From a virus (lineage: Duplodnaviria; Caudoviricetes), in the IMG/VR virus record IMGVR_UViG_3300033434_000388, positions 1 through 38,694 of that record: a stretch of DNA of 38,694 nt; one strand, given 5' to 3'. The notes below the pieces were generated by a model, which was not told the DNA's origin, did no database searches, and saw only the letters and a program-made list of their open reading frames with translations. A program made the position numbers and the translations under genes. The first letter of the stretch is position 1; every line of letters begins with the position of its first letter. Below are positions 17,605 through 26,752 of this stretch, piece by piece.

Positions 17605-18152
17605 GCCGCGAGAGGGGCATCGTCGCCCAGTTCGTGGAACTGTCTTTCCGTGTGGCTGAGATCGAACGCCGCGACCGGAACCGCAGCCGCAAGGGCGTGG
17701 TCACTGAGGTCGATCACACAACGGGCAAGGCGCGTGTCAAACTTTCTGGCGACGACGAGGAGCCGTTTAAGACCGGTTGGATACCGTGGGGCGAGGTCGC
17801 GGCCGGCGATATCAAAACACATATCCCGCCGTCAGTCGGTCAACAGGTCACGGTCCGTTCCGACAATGGCGACCTGACCGACGCGATCGTCGACATGGCC
17901 GTGCCGTCGGACGCCAACCCACGGCCGCACGACGGGCCGGAGGCAGTGATTACCAAGGGCTCGACCCGCATCGAGGTTGGCGATGACCTGGTGTCTATCG
18001 CCGCCACGAGAATCAGGATGATCGCCGACGTCGAGATCGATGGCGACATCGTGACGACGGGCAGCATCGTCAACAACGGCAAACACGTCGACAGCGGCCA
18101 CGAACACACAAATACGATGCCTGGCGCCGGCACATCCGGCCCACCCGTCTGA
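17601..18152 (+). CDS. Baseplate spike protein (P2 gpV-like)
   Basis: TGWIPW, PPSVGQQV OB-fold motifs; C-terminal HEH metal-binding tip and SGPP. Confidence 0.92.
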   Translation: MSRERGIVAQFVELSFRVAEIERRDRNRSRKGVVTEVDHTTGKARVKLSGDDEEPFKTGWIPWGEVAAGDIKTHIPPSVGQQVTVRSDNGDLTDAIVDMAVPSDANPRPHDGPEAVITKGSTRIEVGDDLVSIAATRIRMIADVEIDGDIVTTGSIVNNGKHVDSGHEHTNTMPGAGTSGPPV

Positions 18153-18169
18153 CCTCAGGAGACAAGACC

Positions 18170-18373
18170 ATGGCGAAATACAAGGTGCGCCTCGATTGCG
18201 AGGTTGCCGGCCGCTGGCGCACGACCACGGAAGAGCTAGAGCTTTCGGATGTCGCTGCGAAACACCTCTTGCCGCCCTATGGCAACGTGCTTGTGCCGGT
18301 TGATGACCCGGCGAAGGTAGCCGCGACGGTGTCACGGAAGGCTACGGCGAAGGCTGCGGACGACAATGGCTGA
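18170..18373 (+). CDS. Small hypothetical phage protein
   Basis: AGGAG RBS; lies between V and W. Confidence 0.7.
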   Translation: MAKYKVRLDCEVAGRWRTTTEELELSDVAAKHLLPPYGNVLVPVDDPAKVAATVSRKATAKAADDNG

Positions 18374-18740
18374 CTCTGCCGGCGTCAATGCATCGACCGG
18401 CAAGCCGCTCACCGACTGGCAACATACCGAGCAATCGCTCCGGAAGGTGCTGGAGACGCCGATCGGAAGACGCGTGATGCGCCGGGATTTCGGCTCGAAG
18501 ATCTTCGACTTCATCGACGCCAAGATGACTGCGGCCAATATCCTCGGCATCTACGCGGCAGCGGCCGAGGCAATCGAAGCGTGGGAGCCTCGCTTTCGTG
18601 CGTATCGCGCTTCGGTCTCAGCGGCCTCGGCCGACGGGGCTCTCGAATTGACCCTTTACGGCCTCTATTTCCCGCGCGGACACCTCGGCGATTATTCGAT
18701 CGTAGAGGACGCAAGCATGCGTGTGCTCCTAAACTCCTGA
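18366..18740 (+). CDS. Baseplate wedge protein (P2 gpW/T4 gp25 family)
   Basis: TPIGRRVMRRDFGS, AIEAWEPR. Confidence 0.93.
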   Translation: MADSAGVNASTGKPLTDWQHTEQSLRKVLETPIGRRVMRRDFGSKIFDFIDAKMTAANILGIYAAAAEAIEAWEPRFRAYRASVSAASADGALELTLYGLYFPRGHLGDYSIVEDASMRVLLNS

Positions 18741-18762
18741 TCGGCACTGGGTTTCCTCAGAC

Positions 18763-19671
18763 ATGACCATCGACCTGTCCCGTCTACCGCCTCCGACAAT
18801 CATCGAGGTGGTCGACTACGAGACCCTGCAATCTCAATTCCTCGCTCGCTTCGCAGAGGCATGGTCGGCCGCCCGTACCAGAGATCCGACTTTGCCAGAA
18901 TGGAATGTCGGTGGCTTGGAAACCGATCCCACCGTCATCGCTGCGGAGGCCTGGTCATACCTGCGACTGCTCGACCGGCAGCGCGTCAACGACGTGATCA
19001 AGGCCCTATTGGCGCCTCTCGCCGAGGGCGACGACCTCGACAACGTCGTTGCTCGCATCGGCGTCGAGCGGCTGACCATCGTCGCTGCCACGAACACTAC
19101 GGCGGCCGTGATGGAGAGCGACGATCGGCTGTTGCAGCGCTACCTACTCGCCTTTACACGGCCGGCCGCTGGCTCGGCCGACCGCTACATTTATGAGGCG
19201 ATGACCGCGTGGCCGACGATGCTGACCGGCAGTGTGAACGGCCGATCCGTGCACGGTCGCAAGGGCGACGTCGATATCGTCGTCGCCGGGCCAGATGGCC
19301 GTGACGCCACGGACGAGGAGCTGGCAGTCGTGCGGGCAGCGTGCACGTCGACCTCGGTTAAGCCGGAAGCGACCAGCGTCTCCATCCTCCGGGCGACTCG
19401 CATCATCTATGCCGTCGCCGGCAAGGTGACGGTGCCTAACGGTCCCGACGCCGAGACCGTGAGGCTTGAGGCTGTGGCGCGCATCCTTGCCGCCGGCACG
19501 GCGCGCATGACGATCGGCGCAGAGGTACCGGTGAACGCGCTGGAGGGTGCCGCTTATGGCACCTCCGTCACACGCGCTGATCTGACGGCTCCGACGGACG
19601 ACATCGCCGCCGATCCCTACACCATCCCTATTCCGGGGCAGATCGCTCTCGCCGTCAAGGTGTCGGCATGA
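18763..19671 (+). CDS. Baseplate protein J
   Basis: IDLSRLPPPTIIE, GDDLDN, ESDDRL, AAGSADRY. Confidence 0.93.
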   Translation: MTIDLSRLPPPTIIEVVDYETLQSQFLARFAEAWSAARTRDPTLPEWNVGGLETDPTVIAAEAWSYLRLLDRQRVNDVIKALLAPLAEGDDLDNVVARIGVERLTIVAATNTTAAVMESDDRLLQRYLLAFTRPAAGSADRYIYEAMTAWPTMLTGSVNGRSVHGRKGDVDIVVAGPDGRDATDEELAVVRAACTSTSVKPEATSVSILRATRIIYAVAGKVTVPNGPDAETVRLEAVARILAAGTARMTIGAEVPVNALEGAAYGTSVTRADLTAPTDDIAADPYTIPIPGQIALAVKVSA

Positions 19672-20303
19672 CCACAGCCGCCGACCTTCTGCCGGCCACG
19701 GCCGCGCCTTTCGAGATCGCCCTCGCCAAGGCAATGACCGACACCCTGCCGGTGCCGCTGCGCGAAGCGCTGGACCCGGCCACGGCGCCCGCCAACCTGC
19801 TGCCGTTCCTCGCCGTCCACGATGGCGTCCGCCTCTGGTTCTCGGACTGGAGCGAGGCGCGCAAGCGCGATGTTATCGGCGCATCGCTCACCGACTGCTG
19901 GCTAGTCGGCGTCCGTGACGGCGCAGTGCGCTACCTTGCTTATGTCGACGGCACTCTTGTCGACGCCGTCGCCTATCCAGCCCGTTTTGTGATGGGCCGG
20001 GCGGTTATCGGCCGGACGCCGATCGGTCACGCGCCCTTCCTGGCGCGCTACCTCGTCAGGGTGGCCACCCGAAAGCCGCCACGCTCTCTCGTCATGAGCC
20101 GTGGCGTGCTTGGACGCGCCCGCTTGAAGACGCCGAGCCGGGAGCCGTTTCAGCGGTGTCTCTCCGCCCTTCGCACCGCCAAGGCGCCGGAGACCGAGAT
20201 CCGCATCGACTTCGGTCACTCCCGCCAAATCCGCCTTTCCGACGGGGTGCCGCTCGATGGCACTTATCGGCTTGGCTCTTTCATCACTCGCACCAAGCTC
20301 TGA
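19668..20303 (+). CDS. Tail protein I (P2 gpI-like)
   Basis: LLPATAAPFE, DPATAPANLLPFLA, WSEARKR. Confidence 0.88.
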   Translation: MTTAADLLPATAAPFEIALAKAMTDTLPVPLREALDPATAPANLLPFLAVHDGVRLWFSDWSEARKRDVIGASLTDCWLVGVRDGAVRYLAYVDGTLVDAVAYPARFVMGRAVIGRTPIGHAPFLARYLVRVATRKPPRSLVMSRGVLGRARLKTPSREPFQRCLSALRTAKAPETEIRIDFGHSRQIRLSDGVPLDGTYRLGSFITRTKL

Positions 20304-20310
20304 GGGGACC

Positions 20311-22572
20311 ATGCTCAAGACGGTCGAATTCACCGAAGCCGAAGTTGCCGAGCCCTCGGATTTCGATGCGATCAGCCAGTATGGTCGCGAGGGCGGCGAG
20401 GCAATCGTCGGCGGCGCCATCGCCTATGCCCACCATTGGGCGGGCTATTCGATCGCTCAGTCTTCGGCAGTCGAGGTGACGCTCAACCCCGGCTATCTGT
20501 TCGTGGCCGAGAAAGTCCACGGAAACGATGTTGCGATCGTCGTCAACCTCCAGACCTACCTGCCGCTGGTGACCGGCGACGGCCGATACGTGGCGCTACT
20601 CCTGCGCGGCGCAGAGACCACAGTGACCGAGAGCCGAGAAATCGAGACCGATGCCGACACTGGCGACACGGTGATGCAGACGGTTCCCAAGACGAACGTT
20701 CGCCGCGTCGAGGTAGTGGTCCAGCAGGGCCTTAGCTCGCCGACGCCGGTCAAACCGACGGTCGCCTCCACCGAGTGCTGCGTCGCCTACGTCGAGCTGT
20801 CGACCACGGGCATCGTCGCCGTCGAGATGGAGCAATCCTCGCGCGTCAAGGCGCTCGCTGAAGTCGAGGGGCGGCTCACCATCGTCGAGAACGAGATGGA
20901 CGCCGCCGTGGCACGCGTTTCGTCAATCGAGACCGACATCGCCAACATCGCGGTGCGGCTCAATGACATCCCGAACCCTGTTGTGGTGCGGCAGATGCAG
21001 CGCGACCTGGCGCAGATCCGGCGCGAGATCGCCATGCCGGACGAGGCGCGCGCCTACTGGTACGACAACGGCTTGCTCAAGGACGAGTGGGACACGGCGA
21101 ATACCTCCTGGCTGGCGCGCATCCGTGAGGGCGTACGCTTTGCCTGGGCGACGCAGCGCGACATGCAAATGGCGCTGCTCGACGCATCCTCAAGCGCGAT
21201 CCGCGCGTCCGGCACCCTGATATTGCCGGCTTGGGAAGAAGTCGCCCGCCTTGAGGTAAAAGGCGATGGTGGATCGAAGAACATCAGCCAGCTCACCCAC
21301 ACGGTGACAACGGCGATCCAGAAAACCTTGTCGCGCACGGTGACCGAGTACGGCGCCACGACGACGAGATGTCAAAACGCGGCCGGTTGGGCATTCCTCG
21401 GTAATATGTCGGTCGGGCAGACTTTCACCAAGGATGGCGAAACCTTTGTCATCACCTCGATCGACACCAACAACAATAACAGAGGCCATTATCTCTATTC
21501 GTTCCAGAACATTACGGTCCGAACAGTCGAAGAGACCTATTGGGAGTATGTGACCGAGGAAGTGGGCGTCAACGGTTCGATTTACGGCCAGACTTGGCTG
21601 TGTGCCCAGCCGATGGTGCTGACCGGCCTCGACCTCAGTTTCACCCGCGTCGGCTCGGACGGCGAGGTTCACCTTTTCATTTGCGAGTGCGATAGCTCCG
21701 GCCAGCCGCAGCTCGATAGCGTCATCGCCTCGATGTCGAAGGCGGCAAATGCACTCGCTACCGGCTGGGTGAAATTCGACCTGACGCCAACCTTGCTGGA
21801 GAGCGGCAAGCGCTACGCCTGGTTCACGGTCACAACCGGCAACCACGCGCTCGAGACGGTTGCCGGCAACAAGTATGCCCAAGGAACGCTATTCTATTGC
21901 GGTGACGGCGCCTGGGCGCAGGGAGACGCCGAGACCGACTTTGCCATGCGCCTCTATGGCGCCAAGTTCTCGGCCACCCGCACGGTAGTGGAGATGCAGT
22001 CGGCCACGTTGGAGAACGGCATCACGGACATGCGCTTCCTGCACGCAGGCTGGGCACCGGGTGGTACATCGCTCACCTGGGAAATCAAGCCCAGCGACAG
22101 CGACGACTGGAAGCCGGTGACAATCGATGCCGCCATCGACACCACTTGGCTAGCTGGCCTGCCTGCCTTGGTGCAGGTGCGCGCCGTGTTCGCCGGCACC
22201 ACCGATTTGCAACCGGCCATCGTGATGGATGCCAACGCCCGCATTATGACATTCCGGCCGCGTGGTGACATGCAGGCGATCAGCGTCGAGCACGATTTCG
22301 GCGTCTCGACCATGTCGATCCAGCTCGACACGGTGATCGATCAATGGAACGGCGGCAAACATACGGCCGCACCAAAGCTGCTGATTGGCGGCACCGTCTA
22401 CACGCCAGCCGCCACGGTGGTAACGCCAGACCTTATCAACGCGAAGAAGCGGACCATCTCGGCGACTTTTACCGTCCCCTCGACCACGTCGGCGCGGGCG
22501 CGGTTCGACATGACCTCGACCGAGGTCACCGACCTGCCGTTCATCGACAACATAGCCATGTACGCACTCTGA
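20311..22572 (+). CDS. Large tail/baseplate structural protein
   Basis: 753 aa, beta-rich with central coiled coil; position of the proximal fibre gene after I; GAGGGG RBS. Confidence 0.7.
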   Translation: MLKTVEFTEAEVAEPSDFDAISQYGREGGEAIVGGAIAYAHHWAGYSIAQSSAVEVTLNPGYLFVAEKVHGNDVAIVVNLQTYLPLVTGDGRYVALLLRGAETTVTESREIETDADTGDTVMQTVPKTNVRRVEVVVQQGLSSPTPVKPTVASTECCVAYVELSTTGIVAVEMEQSSRVKALAEVEGRLTIVENEMDAAVARVSSIETDIANIAVRLNDIPNPVVVRQMQRDLAQIRREIAMPDEARAYWYDNGLLKDEWDTANTSWLARIREGVRFAWATQRDMQMALLDASSSAIRASGTLILPAWEEVARLEVKGDGGSKNISQLTHTVTTAIQKTLSRTVTEYGATTTRCQNAAGWAFLGNMSVGQTFTKDGETFVITSIDTNNNNRGHYLYSFQNITVRTVEETYWEYVTEEVGVNGSIYGQTWLCAQPMVLTGLDLSFTRVGSDGEVHLFICECDSSGQPQLDSVIASMSKAANALATGWVKFDLTPTLLESGKRYAWFTVTTGNHALETVAGNKYAQGTLFYCGDGAWAQGDAETDFAMRLYGAKFSATRTVVEMQSATLENGITDMRFLHAGWAPGGTSLTWEIKPSDSDDWKPVTIDAAIDTTWLAGLPALVQVRAVFAGTTDLQPAIVMDANARIMTFRPRGDMQAISVEHDFGVSTMSIQLDTVIDQWNGGKHTAAPKLLIGGTVYTPAATVVTPDLINAKKRTISATFTVPSTTSARARFDMTSTEVTDLPFIDNIAMYAL

Positions 22573-22579
22573 GGGTGAC

Positions 22580-22777
22580 ATGACCGACCAAACCGGCTCC
22601 ATCGACGCCGCCACCATCGATCCGGACACGAGCTACCGGATCACACTCGCCCGACCGGCGACGGTAGCCGGCATCAAGCTCCGGCCGCGCGGCGACATCA
22701 CGTTGCGCGGCGACCTCCTCAAAACACTGATCACGGAGACGCCGGATGTCGTCCTCAGCATCGCTGCCGTCGCCTGA
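22580..22777 (+). CDS. Small hypothetical tail-region protein
   Basis: GAGGG RBS; 65 aa. Confidence 0.7.
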   Translation: MTDQTGSIDAATIDPDTSYRITLARPATVAGIKLRPRGDITLRGDLLKTLITETPDVVLSIAAVA

Positions 22778-24017
22778 CGACGACTATGCCGCTCCGCTCG
22801 ACGCTAACCTCAACAAGGCGTTTTGGGATGCGGCGCTGAAGTCGGTTGGTGCCCGCGTCCGGGCGCTTGAAGCTGTCAAAGCCGATTGGGAGAAATTGAT
22901 CAGCGAAGGCACTGGTCAGGCACTCGCGGTAATCCAAGCCAACGTCGAGCCGCAGCTGGTGGCACTCACGGCCATTATCAATCAGCTCAAGGCCGAGGTC
23001 GCCGCGGCCGAGGACGCTATTGCCGTCATCATCGCCGGTGGTGTCAATATGTCAAACGTGATCGGCCTCACGGAGGCTTTGTCTGGCAAAGCGAACGTAA
23101 CTGATCTCAGCGGCGCCGTGGCGGCTCTGACCCACTTGATGGAGAACTATGTCTCCCACACGGAGGCACAGGAGCTCACATCTGAGCAAAAGGCACTGGC
23201 GCTCTCGAATCTCGGCCTGGATGACATCCACAATACCTTGACGCCGATCACCATTGTCGCGGCGGACGGGCAGATCGATTTTGCCCTTGGGACAGAAGTG
23301 TCGCCCAGCGCATGTCTCGTGTTCCACAACGGCGCGAAGTTGTCAGGCACCGACTACGCATTGACCACGACTACGCTGTCACTGATTTCGGCAACGGTCG
23401 CCGGCGACGTTGTCACTGTGATCGCAATCGGTACTTTCGAGGTCGCCAACGCATTATTGCCCGCCGCCAACCTTGCCGACCTCGCCGACATCATAGCGGC
23501 TCGAAACAACCTCGGCCTCCGTTCGGCAGCGACGAAAGCGGCCGGTGACCCTAGTTTGATGCCCCCCGGCAGCGTGATCGGGCGCGCCTATGCCGAGTAT
23601 ACAGCGGCCACAGTCTATAACAGCGTTATTCCGTTCGATGCCACGGTACCGCAGATTACCGAAGGTGTTGAGATTATCTCGACGACATACACGCCTAAAA
23701 TCGCCGGGAGTAAACTGCGCATTACCTTTGGCGGCTTGGCTCAAGTTGCGGCCACCGGGCAACCTCTTGCGGCCGCCACGTTCCTTAACGGTGGCACCGA
23801 TGCAGTCAATACGACAGTGGACTACCACTATTACGATGGAGATGCGCATCGGATCGCAACGGACTTTGAAATAGCTACGTCAGGACTGGTTCCCCAGACT
23901 ATCGCCGTGCGTGTTGGCACTCACTCCGGCGGAGCGTTTAAGTTCAACGGGCAGGGCGGCGCTACGTTTGGCGGCACAATGAAAACTACCCTCGTCGTTG
24001 AGGAGATCATGCCATGA
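22746..24017 (+). CDS. Tail fibre / receptor-binding protein
   Basis: N-terminal coiled coil; fibre linkers LTSEQKALALSNLGL and NLADLADIIAARNNLGL; beta-rich C-terminal head; start uncertain. Confidence 0.8.
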   Translation: MSSSASLPSPDDDYAAPLDANLNKAFWDAALKSVGARVRALEAVKADWEKLISEGTGQALAVIQANVEPQLVALTAIINQLKAEVAAAEDAIAVIIAGGVNMSNVIGLTEALSGKANVTDLSGAVAALTHLMENYVSHTEAQELTSEQKALALSNLGLDDIHNTLTPITIVAADGQIDFALGTEVSPSACLVFHNGAKLSGTDYALTTTTLSLISATVAGDVVTVIAIGTFEVANALLPAANLADLADIIAARNNLGLRSAATKAAGDPSLMPPGSVIGRAYAEYTAATVYNSVIPFDATVPQITEGVEIISTTYTPKIAGSKLRITFGGLAQVAATGQPLAAATFLNGGTDAVNTTVDYHYYDGDAHRIATDFEIATSGLVPQTIAVRVGTHSGGAFKFNGQGGATFGGTMKTTLVVEEIMP

Positions 24018-24613
24018 CCTTCGCTGCAAATCTTGCCGCACTCGCTCGACGCGGCATTGTCGGCGTTGGCGACCTGCTCTCGTTTGATGCGAACGGGAAG
24101 TATCCGGTGGGCGACGGAAGCCAGCTTACAGGCTTGCTCAAGGGCGGCACGACCGTGACGCTTAGTGGGACGGCTGTCGACTTTACCGGCATCCCATCGA
24201 CCGCCAAGCGTGTCGTCGTTGTGCTCGACGGAATCAGCATCACCGGAACGGCGACAACGATCAACCTGCAACTCGGCAAAGCGGCCGGAATGGAGACCAC
24301 CGGTTATCAGTCGTCGTGCGGTATCGCCTCTTCCGGGTCTGCCGGCGGCGCCACTTCGACGATCGGCATGCAAATCGCGTGGGCTGCTGGCGCCACCGTA
24401 ACCCACTGGGGTCGCGCTGTGCTTGAGAAAGCCGGCGTCAACCGGTGGGTTTGCTCCGCACATGGTGGATTAGATAACGGTGGCGGTATCAACTACAGCT
24501 TCAGCGGCGGCGGCGGAAAGACACTGGCGAATACGCTCGATCGTTTGCGCATCACGACGTCCAACGGAACGGATACGTTCGACGCTGGCACCGCGACGGT
24601 TTTCTGGGAGTAA
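24014..24613 (+). CDS. Second short tail fibre-like protein
   Basis: GDGSQLTGL linker then SGTAVDFTGIPS...LDRLRITTSNGTDTFDAG beta domain. Confidence 0.7.
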   Translation: MTFAANLAALARRGIVGVGDLLSFDANGKYPVGDGSQLTGLLKGGTTVTLSGTAVDFTGIPSTAKRVVVVLDGISITGTATTINLQLGKAAGMETTGYQSSCGIASSGSAGGATSTIGMQIAWAAGATVTHWGRAVLEKAGVNRWVCSAHGGLDNGGGINYSFSGGGGKTLANTLDRLRITTSNGTDTFDAGTATVFWE

Positions 24614-24617
24614 TGCC

Positions 24618-25052
24618 ATGCGCGTCGAAATCGACCTTATGACAGGCTCAGTCACGGAATACGCGGATATTCCCGCCCCTCAGCCAGATATCGAAGCTCT
24701 TCGATCCGCTGCCAAGGTTCGAGTGGATATCGCTGCTGAGGCCTACCGCCTCATTTACATCACCGCCGGCAGCGGTCAGGCCATGGCCTACACCCAGAAA
24801 CTCAACGAGGCGCGGGCCTACCTCGCCGATCCGTCGCTTACGGCCGGCGAGTGCCCGCATATCTTTGCCGAGGTCGGCATTACCGCCGAGACCGCAGCAA
24901 CAGTCGCCCAGGTGGTAGACGCCATGCATGCCACTTGGCAGGTGAAGTCGGCGGAAATCGAACACAAGCGTCTTGCAGCCAAAGCGGCGATCGACGCGGC
25001 AGAAACCGCCGAAGCGATCAACGCAGCAACTGAGGTTGGCTGGGATGCTTGA
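24618..25052 (+). CDS. Tail fibre assembly-like protein
   Basis: Helical protein GQAMAYTQKLNEARAY...IEHKRLAAKAAI...W following the fibre genes. Confidence 0.7.
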   Translation: MRVEIDLMTGSVTEYADIPAPQPDIEALRSAAKVRVDIAAEAYRLIYITAGSGQAMAYTQKLNEARAYLADPSLTAGECPHIFAEVGITAETAATVAQVVDAMHATWQVKSAEIEHKRLAAKAAIDAAETAEAINAATEVGWDA

Positions 25053-25108
25053 CGAGCCCAGTACAGGCGACCGAAGGTACCTCACATGACAAGGGCGTGA
25101 GATCAGTG

Positions 25109-25585
25109 ATGGAACCGCTGGACTATCGGAATCAGATATGCGCTGACGTGGATAAAGCAGTCCTCGTGCCGTTTCGCACAGTCGACCCGATAGATGGCTG
25201 GTTGCCTATCGTTGCCAAATGCCATGACAATGTAGACCAATGGGTAAAGCTCCATCCCGGCTCGCGAGCGGTAAGAGGGTGGCTCGCTTACGTGAACTAC
25301 GGTGTCTCTATTGGCTACACAGCGCATTCCGTCGTTCAAGGTTCTGACGGCAGTCTGTTCGACCTAACTCCGACCCTTGGCCCAAATGCATGGCGCGGTC
25401 CCTTTATTGCCCACAGAGGCTCGGACGCCCTGTTTTGTGAGATGGTGAAAAAGCTCGGCCAGGAGATCCGGTGTTCGGGCAATTGCCCCGCTCCAGAACT
25501 GACCTTTGAGGATTTGCTGGCCGCGACCTCGTCCATTGCGGCGGACGATACAGAGGCGACTAGTCCGGCGGGCAAAATCAGCTAG
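25109..25585 (+). CDS. Hypothetical accessory protein with Cys-His-Asp pattern
   Basis: KCHDNV...VRGWL...AHSVV...LFDLTP; codon usage differs from neighbours; start could be 25049. Confidence 0.6.
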   Translation: MEPLDYRNQICADVDKAVLVPFRTVDPIDGWLPIVAKCHDNVDQWVKLHPGSRAVRGWLAYVNYGVSIGYTAHSVVQGSDGSLFDLTPTLGPNAWRGPFIAHRGSDALFCEMVKKLGQEIRCSGNCPAPELTFEDLLAATSSIAADDTEATSPAGKIS

Positions 25586-25736
25586 AGCACTTATTAAGTC
25601 CAGATGAGACGGAGGCGGTATAACCCGCTGCGGGGCTAGATTGGCGTCAGCCCGCAAGGCGAGGAATCGCTTGATCGCCACTCCGCCAGCGCCATTGGCG
25701 CCGGCTTTGACGTGGCAGGATTCGTCAGGCGAGACA

Positions 25737-25940
25737 ATGCGTGAAATCAGGTGCCCCCGTTGCGGGGCGCTCCTCTTCAAGGTGGCGTTGAATGCTCTTC
25801 AAGGCCTCGTCGAGATCAAATGCCGGCGCTGCGGCGTCATCAATTGCATGAGGCCGATCGAGCCCACTCCTGAGTGCCGCGAGCACCGACAGGAAATGAA
25901 GACATGGCTCGTATCGAACGCTTCGGAACCACAACCCTGA
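25737..25940 (+). CDS. com: Mu-like Com family zinc-finger translational regulator
   Basis: MREIRCPRCGALLFK...VEIKCRRCGVIN signature. Confidence 0.88.
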   Translation: MREIRCPRCGALLFKVALNALQGLVEIKCRRCGVINCMRPIEPTPECREHRQEMKTWLVSNASEPQP

Positions 25941-26671
25941 TCCTCGGCGATGCGCTTGAGTTGCTGACATCTCTCGATGTTGGCGACTTCGTCGGCGTGC
26001 TGACCGATCCGCCTTACAGCTCTGGCGGCAATGTTCGCGACAAGGCAATGCCGACCAGTGCGAAGTATCTGCAAGGCAGAGGCGGCGGTCGCTATCCAGA
26101 GTTTGCCGGGGACACGCGCGATCAACGCTCGTTTCTCACGTGGTCCACAATGTGGATGAGCCTAGCGCGGAAACTGGTTGTGCCAGGTGGTATCCTTGCC
26201 ACCTTCACTGATTGGCGCCAGCTACCCGTCACCACCGACGCTGTTCAATGTGCCGGATGGGTTTGGCGAGGCATTGTACCGTGGGACAAAACTGAGAGCG
26301 CCCGGCCGCAGCTTGGGAGATATCGGAACCAGACGGAGTTTGTAGCTTGGGGGACCAACGGTTCCAGACCGCTGCTTGGCCCGGTCGCTCCGGGCGTATT
26401 TCGGATGCCGGTCCCTCGCGTAAAACACCACATTGCCGGCAAACCGGTTGAGTTGATGCGGGGGTTGCTCAGTGTCATGCAGGGACCGGTCCTCGATCCA
26501 TTTATGGGATCGGCTACCGTCGGCGTGGCTTGCCTTGAGATGGGTCTCCACTATGTCGGGATGGAAGTTGACCCAACAATCTTCGAGATCGCTTGTCAGC
26601 GAATGGCGGCGGTCAAACCCTTGGGCAATCAGAAAGAAACACAACTTCAACTGAGAGAAATCCGCGAATAG
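25904..26671 (+). CDS. N6-adenine/N4-cytosine DNA methyltransferase (beta class)
   Basis: TDPPYSSGG catalytic motif precedes HIAGKPVELM and VLDPFMGSATVG SAM-binding motif. Confidence 0.93.
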   Translation: MARIERFGTTTLILGDALELLTSLDVGDFVGVLTDPPYSSGGNVRDKAMPTSAKYLQGRGGGRYPEFAGDTRDQRSFLTWSTMWMSLARKLVVPGGILATFTDWRQLPVTTDAVQCAGWVWRGIVPWDKTESARPQLGRYRNQTEFVAWGTNGSRPLLGPVAPGVFRMPVPRVKHHIAGKPVELMRGLLSVMQGPVLDPFMGSATVGVACLEMGLHYVGMEVDPTIFEIACQRMAAVKPLGNQKETQLQLREIRE

Positions 26672-26705
26672 ATCCTCGATCTCAATCGAGCATCCCATCC
26701 TCCGG

Positions 26706-26728
26706 CCCGCCGAAAGGCGGGTTTTTTT
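26706..26728 (+). terminator. Intrinsic terminator
   Basis: CCCGCC-gaaa-GGCGGG-TTTTTTT. Confidence 0.85.
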
Positions 26729-26752
26729 CATGCCCGCTCAGGAGACATCGGC

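Noticed and set aside
22746-25600. Tail-fibre inversion system or diversity-generating retroelement
   Set aside because: No invertase, reverse transcriptase, inverted fibre cassette or duplicated template region seen
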